This document shows, in pieces, positions 27,779 to 35,833 of a stretch of 64,000 bases of DNA (positions are counted from its first letter, which is position 1; every line of letters starts with the position of its first letter). The stretch is from a virus. A program made the position numbers and the translations under genes. The stretch spans positions 1-64,000 of the IMG/VR virus record IMGVR_UViG_3300046535_002148; one strand, written 5' to 3'. Below the pieces are notes generated by a model. The model had not been told where the DNA came from, did not search any database, and was given only the letters and a program-made list of their open reading frames with translations.

Positions 27779-28176
27779 CGGCGGAACCGTTCGACGTCGA
27801 AGTCCCAGTCCACGACCACGCCGTCCTTGGCCTTGAACTTGTGCACGCGGCGCATCTCGCTGGGCCGCTGCGGGTCGGGCTCGAAGGCGACGTTGACGCA
27901 CACGGCCTCGATGATGATCTTCACCATCTCGTCCATCTGGTAGACCGCATCGTCGAGCGGGATCACGCTGCTGGTGATCTTGGCGACCGTGTGCTTGATC
28001 GGCTTGCCCTCGAAACAGATCTCCGATTCCGGGGCCCGCTTGGTGAACGGCATCTCCAGCGGCGTGACGGCCGGAGTGTTCGGCGGGGCCTCGTCGTAGG
28101 AATCCTTCTCCACCGGTCGCAGGTGCCGGGAGCTCGGCGGCGGGGTGGTGGGGTCGTAGGGGTTCTCGTAGCTCAT
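27775..28176 (-). CDS. hypothetical protein
   Basis: MSYENPYD... start after GGAAGG. Confidence 0.65.
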   Translation of the reverse strand: MSYENPYDPTTPPPSSRHLRPVEKDSYDEAPPNTPAVTPLEMPFTKRAPESEICFEGKPIKHTVAKITSSVIPLDDAVYQMDEMVKIIIEAVCVNVAFEPDPQRPSEMRRVHKFKAKDGVVVDWDFDVERFRR

Positions 28177-28181
28177 GGCGG

Positions 28182-28517
28182 TCACGATGTGCCTTCCTGA
28201 TTCGCCGCCGGCTCGGGCCGACGGGGCTTCTCGTAGGGAAAGGTCCGTTTGCATCGGTCGCAGATCCACCAGGGACACCCCGGGGACAGCGTGTAGGTCG
28301 AGTACTCGTCGCCGGACTTCAGCTTGTTCTTGCGCGGGGGCCGGCAGTGCTCGAAGCAGCACTCCCCGGGGGCCCAGGTGCCCAGCCGGTCGTAGAGGCC
28401 CGGCCTGCCGGTGGCGCACAGGTAGCAGAACTCGTTCTCTTTCGGTTCATCACACGCGTCCTCGTAGGTCTTGTAGCACTTGCGGCAGCCGTGGCGATGG
28501 AGTCGCTTCTCAGCCAC
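28182..28517 (-). CDS. Cys-rich zinc-finger protein
   Basis: CRKC, CYLC, CCFEHC, CDRC. Confidence 0.7.
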   Translation of the reverse strand: MAEKRLHRHGCRKCYKTYEDACDEPKENEFCYLCATGRPGLYDRLGTWAPGECCFEHCRPPRKNKLKSGDEYSTYTLSPGCPWWICDRCKRTFPYEKPRRPEPAANQEGTS

Positions 28518-28962
28518 TCGTCTCCAGCAGGTGGCCTCGGGTCTCGAACCACTCGCTGTAGACGGCCTGACGTCCGTCCCCGCGGGCCCGGGTCAGTCGG
28601 TTGACCCAGGGCTCGTGGCCCTGGGGCGCTCCCTGCTCGGCGGCGACGGCCTCGGCGATGGACTTGGCGATGTCCACGACCCGGGGCTCGGTGCGGACGT
28701 ACTTGTGCCGGGCCTCGGCGACCCACGCGGCAGAGACGCACGCGGCCGGTGAACGCTCCAGGCGCTTGTGCTTGAGGAACTCCACGACCAGGTGCAGGTT
28801 GTCCCAGGTGAACAGCTCCGGGTCGTGCGCGATACGCCGTTTGACCTTGGACGCCTCGATCATGAGGGCGCGGAACCGCGGCAGCTCCTCGGGCGGACAC
28901 CACCCGAGCTCACCCTCCACGTACTCGCAGAACGCCGTGGCGGTACGGAACGGGGCGCTCAC
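28510..28962 (-). CDS. hypothetical protein
   Basis: GTGA coupling (VSAPFRTA...). Confidence 0.65.
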   Translation of the reverse strand: MSAPFRTATAFCEYVEGELGWCPPEELPRFRALMIEASKVKRRIAHDPELFTWDNLHLVVEFLKHKRLERSPAACVSAAWVAEARHKYVRTEPRVVDIAKSIAEAVAAEQGAPQGHEPWVNRLTRARGDGRQAVYSEWFETRGHLLETSG

Positions 28963-29111
28963 TGCTCGCCCCACTTCTGGAACCGCACCGACTCGGCGCC
29001 GTTCTCGAAGGCGTACTGGTAGGCCCAGGCCCGGTCGGCGAACACCGTCGCAGTGACCGGGCTCCCGTGGGACAGCACGACCCAGCAACCCTCCGTCGAC
29101 CCGTCGCTCAC
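28959..29111 (-). CDS. small hypothetical protein (not in ORF track)
   Basis: VSDGSTEGCWVV...WGEQ, coupled at both ends. Confidence 0.5.
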   Translation of the reverse strand: MSDGSTEGCWVVLSHGSPVTATVFADRAWAYQYAFENGAESVRFQKWGEQ

Positions 29112-29266
29112 CATGACGCGTGCGCCATCAGAGCCTCACGGATGAAGTCGTCCATCTTCTGGCCACGCTCGTGGGCAGCACCGAGGCAGTACTCGTAGTC
29201 CGCGCGGTCCATCTCGATCTGACTGACCGTCACCGTGGTCGAGGTGCGGAGATTGACGATGGTCAT
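29108..29266 (-). CDS. small ribbon-helix-helix-like protein
   Basis: GGGAGG RBS; QIEMDRADY..CLGAA.ERG.KMDDFIREAL. Confidence 0.5.
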   Translation of the reverse strand: MTIVNLRTSTTVTVSQIEMDRADYEYCLGAAHERGQKMDDFIREALMAHASW

Positions 29267-32200
29267 TTGGGACCTCCCATCCGAAGTTGCTTGGGCGCGG
29301 TCTCCTGGCGACGCAGGTCGTCCCAGGAGTGGCCGCGGAACTGCAGGAAGTTGTGCTGCTGCGCCTTCTTGGCGTGGGTGGTGTTGTCGTCGACCAGGGC
29401 CAGGGTCAACAGATCCATCTGCAGGCTGGCCACGGTGCCGACACCGCCGTGGCGTGACTTGAGCACCTGCATGCGGACCTTGCCGGTGGGCTGGGCGACA
29501 CCGTCGACCTGCTGGGCGTCGTCCGGCCGGAACACCGCGATGACGAAGTCCGCGGTCTCCTCCACCGCACCGGAGTCCCGCATGGAGTCCAGGTCGACGG
29601 GGCGACCCGCCTCGACGCCACGGTTGACCTGGGTGGGTGCGATGACGACCAGGCGGTGCGACTTCGCCTCCGCCTTGAGCTGCATCACCGCGTTGGTGGT
29701 CTTCTCGTAGGGCGAGCCGCCCTTCTGGCCGCGGGCGTAGTACCCGAGGTAGTCGATGAAGGCGATCTCGGGGACGGCGCCCTTTTCGATCGTGTACTCC
29801 TCGACGAGGGCCTTGAAGTCCCTCTCGCCGAGACGGTTCTCCTCGCAGATCATCAGCCGGTCGAATGCCGCAGCGATGTCCTCGTCCTTGGCTTCCGGGT
29901 ACCAGAACAGGTAGATCCGCTCGAGCCGGAGGATGATCTCCTCCTTGGTCATCTCGAGGGTGATGAAGAGGACCCGGCGGTGCAGCAGGTGCATGGCCAG
30001 GTTGCACAACACGAGCGTTTTTCCGGTGTTGTGGACGACGAAGCCGTTGGCCAGGAAGTTGTGGGGCTCGTCGGCCACCTCCAGGTCGTAGGTCTCCTCC
30101 AGGCCGAACGGTTCAATCGAGATCACGCGCTCAGTTACGACTCGTAGCTGGACGTTGCCCGTCGTGCCTTCCTCGGCGTGCAGTGCCGCGTGCTGCTCGT
30201 GCGTCAGCAACGCGAGGTTGCTGATCTCGTTGTTCTTCTCGTCGTGGTCGATGTGGTGCACCGCCCAGACGTCGGGATCGAAGAACTTGAAAGACGCCGC
30301 CTCCTCGGGACACAGGCGCAGCACCGTCAGGAAGTCCGACAGCGTGACGCCGTTGTGGTGTGCCTCGTAGACCAGGCGGTGCAGCGGGACGGAGTTGCCG
30401 CCGGCCCTGACGTTGCGGCGGTTGCGGTACGGGTGGTGGATCAGCCCGGACCGGTAGAAGTAGTGCTTGCCCTTCTTCTGTCGCCCGGCCGCACCACGGT
30501 GGCCGCGGACGTGGACCTCGTCGTCGACCTTGAGCTCGTCGAGTCGCAGCCACCCGCGCTCGGTGAGGAACGGGTGCTCGTCGGTCGCCCGGATGGTTCG
30601 GCCGGTCTCGGTGGTGACGGTGTAGGTCTGCTTGACGCCGCTGCGCCAGGCATCGACCAGGCGCCCGAGCCGGATCTTGCCCTCGACCTCGCGCTGCACG
30701 TAGGTCGGGATGGACCGGTTCCACTTCCTGCCGCCGCCCGGGGCCCCGCCGTTGAAGCGGTGGACCAGGTCAGCCAGCTTGATCGTGAACCCCTTACCGG
30801 CCCGATTGACGGCGATCTCCGCGTCGCCCTGGATGCAGCCAGTCTTTGCGGCCAGCACGAGCAGCTGGCCCGGCAGCATGCCGGGCTCGAGGACGGCGTC
30901 GATCTGCTTGTAGCCGAGCTTGATGCCGTGCGGGTTCTCGGCCTTGTACGCGCGGTAGGAGGCCAGGGACTCGGCCACGGTGTAGAGCCGGCGCCCTGAG
31001 CTGGACAGGAGCAGACGCTGGACGTCCTGCCAGGTGTGCCCGGCATGCGGATGCTCACGACGCCACCCGTCGTTGGCGTCGGCGGGGATCGGCAACAGGT
31101 ACGCCGACCAGTCGCACTTGGGCAGTTCCTCAGGCAGGGTGACGATCCGCGCCCGGCTGCCGAGCTTGTCCTTGATCCCCTGGGCGGCGCGCTTGCCGGC
31201 GTCGTCGGGGTCCAGCGCGATGTAGATGCGCTTGACGTCCTCGAAGAACGGGATCCATTCCTCGGCGAAGGTGCCGGTGCCGGGGATGGCGACCACGGCG
31301 GCGTTACGCAGGCGCAGGTCCGGGCAGGTGGCGAGGTGCTGACGCAGCACCATGGCGTCGAACTCGCCCTCGGTGATGATGGCGTCCTCGGCACCGGACA
31401 GCTCGTCGCGGCCGAAGAGGTCCGCCCCCATGCTGGGACTGGTCCAGTACTTCCCGCCCTTGAAGCCGTCCTCGGGCCAGATCCGACCGCGGATCTGCGA
31501 CACCGAGGAGCGGTGGGTGTAGGGGATGAGCAGGTGGCGGAAGAAGAACTCCTTGGTCCGCCCGTCCTTCTCCTGCATGAGGCCAGCCGTGCGCAACTGC
31601 TCGTCGGTGTACTGGCCGGGGATGCCGTTGGCCAGCGACCACCCGTTCCCGACCCAGCCGAGCTTGCGCTCGATGACGGTCTCCGGGGACAGGCCCCGCT
31701 CGTCCATGAGGTAGGTGAGCAGATCGTCGTTGTTGGCGAGCATCTGCATGCCCAGCTCGGTGGCCTCCTCGAGGATCTTGCGGCGCGAGCCGTCGTACTC
31801 GACCTTGCCGGGCCTGGGGTCGTCCCCGAAGTGCTCCTGCAGCAGGTAGGTCCCACCGCGTGAGTCGCAGACCTTGCAGTTTCCGGTGAGGATGTTGTCC
31901 TCGAGGGCGAAGGTCTCGGTGCCCGGGACGATCGCGCAGTAGACGGTCTCGGTTCGGGACGTCGGGCAAACGTCGGTGACACGCCAACGGACCTTCGTCG
32001 CGTGCCCCCCGACCTGCTCGTTGAACCGGGCACGGTGCGCATTCCGCAGGAAGAAGTCAGGCCACAGAGTGGTGCCGTGAAGCTGCACCCGCATGACCTC
32101 GTGCGCGGGCGCGATCTTGCTGGCCTTCATCAGGTAGGTCGAGATCGGGCCGGTCACGATGCCGAGCCGATTGGCGATGTCACGCACGCACTGCAGTGCG

Positions 32201-32961
32201 GCTGGGTCCGTCGAGTCGATCGCGAACGAGGTGCGGTTGACGGTGCCGTCGGTGGCGAAGTACCCCATCAGCCAGCCGAGCAGGTCGGAGTCCGACCAGG
32301 TTTCCAGGTCCGGCAGCTGCTTCCATGCTGGGTCGAGTCCGTTGACCCGGATGCCCTGCACCCCGCCAGCGGTCGGTTCGAGGTCGACAACGGTGCCATA
32401 GGACTCGAAGTGGCGCAGGAGTTCCTGCTTCTCCCCCCACAGAGCGACGTGATGTCCGGAACCGTCGCCGAAGTACACGCCTCGCGCGATGCACCGGCTC
32501 GACGCGACCCGGTGCTGCTCGGCGATGACGGCGTCGAGCTTGGCTCCCACGCGCAGGTCGCGCGTCAGCACCTCGTACCCGTCGACGATCCAGCGGTGCT
32601 GGTCCGTGGCGTACAGGATCTTCTCGCGACGGTTGCGGGTCAGCTTGATCGCCCAGAGGCGCTGACGGCCGAAGTCACGAATCTTCGCGTGAACCCATTG
32701 GCCACCCGACGTCAGGAGTTCGGCTTCCTGGTCCGCGACATCAGCGATCCGTCGAGTGCCTCCACGCGTGATGACGCCGGTGTCGCCGGCGAGGCAGTGG
32801 TAGTAGCCGTCCTCGACGGAGACGTAAAGCTTCAATTTCCTGGAGCCGGCGTCCTCGCCGCAGCCGATGAAACAAGGCATCGCAATCTCGCGACCACCGG
32901 ACACCGACTTGCCATGAAAGCCCTTGCTGGAAAGGTAAGCGACGACATCGAGATCACTCAC
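29263..32961 (-). CDS. DNA primase-helicase (Zn finger, TOPRIM, DnaB-like) containing two inteins
   Basis: ITEGEFD, ALDPDDAG (TOPRIM); spliced Walker A AAKTG/TGKT; TLEM, FIDY, TQVNR, RDSG.VEETAD, KSRHG. Confidence 0.92.
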   Translation of the reverse strand: MSDLDVVAYLSSKGFHGKSVSGGREIAMPCFIGCGEDAGSRKLKLYVSVEDGYYHCLAGDTGVITRGGTRRIADVADQEAELLTSGGQWVHAKIRDFGRQRLWAIKLTRNRREKILYATDQHRWIVDGYEVLTRDLRVGAKLDAVIAEQHRVASSRCIARGVYFGDGSGHHVALWGEKQELLRHFESYGTVVDLEPTAGGVQGIRVNGLDPAWKQLPDLETWSDSDLLGWLMGYFATDGTVNRTSFAIDSTDPAALQCVRDIANRLGIVTGPISTYLMKASKIAPAHEVMRVQLHGTTLWPDFFLRNAHRARFNEQVGGHATKVRWRVTDVCPTSRTETVYCAIVPGTETFALEDNILTGNCKVCDSRGGTYLLQEHFGDDPRPGKVEYDGSRRKILEEATELGMQMLANNDDLLTYLMDERGLSPETVIERKLGWVGNGWSLANGIPGQYTDEQLRTAGLMQEKDGRTKEFFFRHLLIPYTHRSSVSQIRGRIWPEDGFKGGKYWTSPSMGADLFGRDELSGAEDAIITEGEFDAMVLRQHLATCPDLRLRNAAVVAIPGTGTFAEEWIPFFEDVKRIYIALDPDDAGKRAAQGIKDKLGSRARIVTLPEELPKCDWSAYLLPIPADANDGWRREHPHAGHTWQDVQRLLLSSSGRRLYTVAESLASYRAYKAENPHGIKLGYKQIDAVLEPGMLPGQLLVLAAKTGCIQGDAEIAVNRAGKGFTIKLADLVHRFNGGAPGGGRKWNRSIPTYVQREVEGKIRLGRLVDAWRSGVKQTYTVTTETGRTIRATDEHPFLTERGWLRLDELKVDDEVHVRGHRGAAGRQKKGKHYFYRSGLIHHPYRNRRNVRAGGNSVPLHRLVYEAHHNGVTLSDFLTVLRLCPEEAASFKFFDPDVWAVHHIDHDEKNNEISNLALLTHEQHAALHAEEGTTGNVQLRVVTERVISIEPFGLEETYDLEVADEPHNFLANGFVVHNTGKTLVLCNLAMHLLHRRVLFITLEMTKEEIILRLERIYLFWYPEAKDEDIAAAFDRLMICEENRLGERDFKALVEEYTIEKGAVPEIAFIDYLGYYARGQKGGSPYEKTTNAVMQLKAEAKSHRLVVIAPTQVNRGVEAGRPVDLDSMRDSGAVEETADFVIAVFRPDDAQQVDGVAQPTGKVRMQVLKSRHGGVGTVASLQMDLLTLALVDDNTTHAKKAQQHNFLQFRGHSWDDLRRQETAPKQLRMGGPK
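30028..30837 (-). mobile_element. intein in helicase P-loop with HNH homing endonuclease (270 aa)
   Basis: CIQGDA start, TDEHPF block B, VHHIDHD..NN.ISNL HNH, TYDL.V...HNF...VVHN end, +1 Thr. Confidence 0.92.
31879..32796 (-). mobile_element. intein in primase zinc finger with LAGLIDADG domain (306 aa)
   Basis: CLAGDT start, TDQHRW, GVYFGDG and GYFATDG, VYC..VP...F...NILTGN end, +1 Cys. Confidence 0.92.
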
Positions 32962-33409
32962 CACGCCACCCCCGGACCACGGCAACCGCTTCGGCCTCAG
33001 TTGCACAGTTCTTCCGCATGACGGCCCCGTCGTTCATCCACGCCGCCTTCCAGGCGCCATTGATGCGGTCGAAGCTGACACCGCGATACTCCGACGTCGA
33101 AGCGTCTCGATGGCCGATCTGGTTCTGCATGTTCCGCTGATGCGTCACCACCAGCAGGTTCGAGCGGCGGTTGTCGAGCTTGTTGCGGTTGTCGTGGTCG
33201 ACCACACGGCGGTCGCCGGGCTGCAAGCCGCAGATGTCGCGGTGCAGATAGCCTCCAGGCGCCTCGTGACCCCGGCGACGCACCGGATTGCGCATGACGT
33301 AGCCGTTCTTGCCCACGAACCACCGATGCGTGACGAACAGCGCGACGTCCTCGTCGTCGACGAGCACGATGTGCGGCACATCCTTCCGCCACACGACGAA
33401 CTCAGGCAC
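32954..33409 (-). CDS. HNH-AP2 homing endonuclease
   Basis: LVDDED, YLHR, VDHDNRNKLDNRRSNL, SEYRGVS...WKA; GAGGAGG RBS. Confidence 0.85.
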   Translation of the reverse strand: MPEFVVWRKDVPHIVLVDDEDVALFVTHRWFVGKNGYVMRNPVRRRGHEAPGGYLHRDICGLQPGDRRVVDHDNRNKLDNRRSNLLVVTHQRNMQNQIGHRDASTSEYRGVSFDRINGAWKAAWMNDGAVMRKNCATEAEAVAVVRGWRGE

Positions 33410-33472
33410 CGGTCCTCCTCCCGAATGATCCTCAAAGCTGGCTTCGGGCATCATTTTCTTGAGCCCTGTCAG

Positions 33473-33519
33473 ATCAAGCGTTCTGCGGTTGAGCGCTGAA
33501 GCGCCCCCAAAATTTTTCG
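33473..33519 (+). repeat. 47-bp bipartite element, copy 2
   Basis: ATCAAGCGTT...CCCCCAAAATTTTTCG. Confidence 0.6.
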
Positions 33520-33600
33520 CTTCGTCACTTCAATGGTGCAGCAATTCCAGAGCGGAGATCAGAATCCGCACCCGGTCCGGAACCGTGGTATGACGACCCG

Positions 33601-34062
33601 TCAGAACGGTGGCGCTTCCTGGCTGCCGCCTTCCATGGACGGGATCACCTCGGCGACCTCCTCCCACAACTTGGCGGGGTCCTTGCGGTCGGGCACCTTG
33701 CGGATGGTGATGTCCGCGGGCATGCCGGTGAGGTCGTCGGTGTCGAGGTTCATGCCGACCGGGACCTCGCGCTGCAGGATCGCCTCGGCCCAGTTGCGGA
33801 ACTTGTTGTCCGGGTGATTGGTCAGGCGGGCCTCGCAGGTGCCCTTGACGCGACGGTAGCTGCCGTCGGCGGGGTTGCGGGTCTCATGGTCCTGGACCTC
33901 CCACCACCACTCCAGCAGCAGCTTGGTCTGCTCGATGCCGGCGTTCTTGCCGTCCTTGGGGGTCCAGCGGATCTCGCGGGGCTCGATCGACTGCAGGACT
34001 GCGCGGTAGATCTTGTCCTCGTCGAGGCTGAGGTCTGGCTGTTCTTCTACTCCGAATTGCAT
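33601..34062 (-). CDS. putative single-stranded DNA-binding protein
   Basis: OB-like beta pattern, C-terminal EAPPF tail, follows a Sak4-like gene. Confidence 0.6.
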   Translation of the reverse strand: MQFGVEEQPDLSLDEDKIYRAVLQSIEPREIRWTPKDGKNAGIEQTKLLLEWWWEVQDHETRNPADGSYRRVKGTCEARLTNHPDNKFRNWAEAILQREVPVGMNLDTDDLTGMPADITIRKVPDRKDPAKLWEEVAEVIPSMEGGSQEAPPF

Positions 34063-34088
34063 GGGGACTTCTTTCCAGCAGTGGGCGG

Positions 34089-35786
34089 TCAGGCGGACTT
34101 CTTCTGGCGCTGCAGGAAGCAGGTGCAGCAGATGTGGTTGCGGGCCTTGATGAAGGCCACGCGCAGGTAGCTCTCGACCTTCACGGGGCTCAGTGGCTCG
34201 CCACCGGTCAGCTCCACCGGGGGGACGGCCTTGATGTCGTTGCCGCACTGGCTGCAGTTGGCCGGTCGGTCACCCGGCGCGGGGGTGGACAGCTTGGGCT
34301 TCTCGGCCGGAGCCGCCGACGCGGCGGGCTCCTCGACCGCGGCATTGTTGGCTGCGACCTGCTGGGCCTTCTGCCCGATCTCCCCGGTGGTGGTGTTGAC
34401 CGGCTCGCCGGCGTCGGTGGTCGGGGACTCCCAGGAGTGCAGACCCCCGTGGTCCTTGTCCCAGACGCACAGATCGCCGCCGTCGGCCTTCATGCACTGC
34501 GGCAGGTTCGCCGCCTCGTTGAGGTCGTCCTCGGTGAAGGTTTCTGACGCTGCGTCAGTCAGCTCGTCGTCCACGTTCACTGGCGCGGACTTGGAGTCGC
34601 CGGAGGACGGCACGGCATCCTGAACAGGGCCGTCCGTCGAGCTCGGAGACTCCGTACCGGAGGTCGGCGACGCATCGTCCGGGGGCGTCTCGGTCTTCGC
34701 AGTAGCCGGGGCGTCGGTACCGGAGTCCTTCGCCTCGGTGATCTCCTGCCACTTCTTCAGTCCCCCGGCCTTGTCGATGGCCTCGATGAGCTCGGACTTC
34801 AGGGCGTTGCCCTTGGGGTTGAGCCCCATGTCGCGGGCGATGGTGACCAGTTCGACCTTGCTGCGTGAGGCCAACGGTGCCTCGGCCGGGGACTGCTGCG
34901 GCAGCGGTCCGCCCGACAGCGGGCCGACCGGGGCCGCATCGGTGACCGGCGGTGCACCGAAGGAGTCGGTGGCCGGCGGGATCTCGCCGATCTCCGCAGC
35001 GTTGGCGCCGGCCTTGTCCAGCTCGGCGATGCGCTCGTTGAGGCGGTCGAACAGGCCGAGGTAGTCGTTCTCGGAGAACGTCACCTCCATCCAGTCGGGC
35101 ATGATGCCCAGTCGATCCTTGAGGAACGGTCGTTCCGGGGTGGCCTTGAAGGTCAGGCCCCGCTTGCGGACCCGCTGACCGTCGACGGCGGCGTAGTAGC
35201 CGCCCATGAAGCAGGCGAGGTCGAGGTCGTTGAAGATGGTGTCCTTCGTCGACCCCTGCAACTGCAGGGCGAGTTCCTGGCGCTCGGAGGCCTGGTCGCC
35301 GACGCCCTCCTTGATCGTCTTCTCCTTGTAGTGGCAGTTGACGATCACGTTCATGTCGAGGTTGAGCAGTCGGGTGGTGAGCATCTGCATCTTCGACTCG
35401 AGGTATCCCCACGCCTCGTACCCGCGGAAGGACTCGGCGTTGGGGTTGCGCTGCAGCCACTCGTCCTGGACCAGTCGGGCGTAGCTGTCCAGGGTGTCGA
35501 CGCACACCGTCTGGAACTGGCGCTGGGCCCAGGGGCGCATGTTCTCGGTCTTGAGGAAGGCCAGGGCGTCGAGCATGTCCTGGCTGTTCTTGATGCGGGT
35601 GTAGGCCGCTCCGCGGTCGGCGGTGGAGGCCATGCCGCCCTCGCAGTCGAGGAACAGCGTCAACGGCCAGTAGGTGGCCATGCGGGTCTTGCCGATGCCG
35701 GGACCGCCGACGACCAACATCTTCAGCCGGGCGGTACCTCCTGGGGCGAATTGCTCCAGGCCGGTGCGTTGGATCTTCAGTCCCAT
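34089..35786 (-). CDS. Sak4/AAA_24-like recombination ATPase with long C-terminal extension
   Basis: GGPGIGKT, LDCEGG, VCVDTL, WG, NCH, LKDR; then HeH/Rho-N-like motif, acidic linker and Zn motifs. Confidence 0.8.
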   Translation of the reverse strand: MGLKIQRTGLEQFAPGGTARLKMLVVGGPGIGKTRMATYWPLTLFLDCEGGMASTADRGAAYTRIKNSQDMLDALAFLKTENMRPWAQRQFQTVCVDTLDSYARLVQDEWLQRNPNAESFRGYEAWGYLESKMQMLTTRLLNLDMNVIVNCHYKEKTIKEGVGDQASERQELALQLQGSTKDTIFNDLDLACFMGGYYAAVDGQRVRKRGLTFKATPERPFLKDRLGIMPDWMEVTFSENDYLGLFDRLNERIAELDKAGANAAEIGEIPPATDSFGAPPVTDAAPVGPLSGGPLPQQSPAEAPLASRSKVELVTIARDMGLNPKGNALKSELIEAIDKAGGLKKWQEITEAKDSGTDAPATAKTETPPDDASPTSGTESPSSTDGPVQDAVPSSGDSKSAPVNVDDELTDAASETFTEDDLNEAANLPQCMKADGGDLCVWDKDHGGLHSWESPTTDAGEPVNTTTGEIGQKAQQVAANNAAVEEPAASAAPAEKPKLSTPAPGDRPANCSQCGNDIKAVPPVELTGGEPLSPVKVESYLRVAFIKARNHICCTCFLQRQKKSA

Positions 35787-35833
35787 CAGCCGATCACCGG
35801 CCGCGGGTTCGATGGATTCATTCCGTCCCGTTC

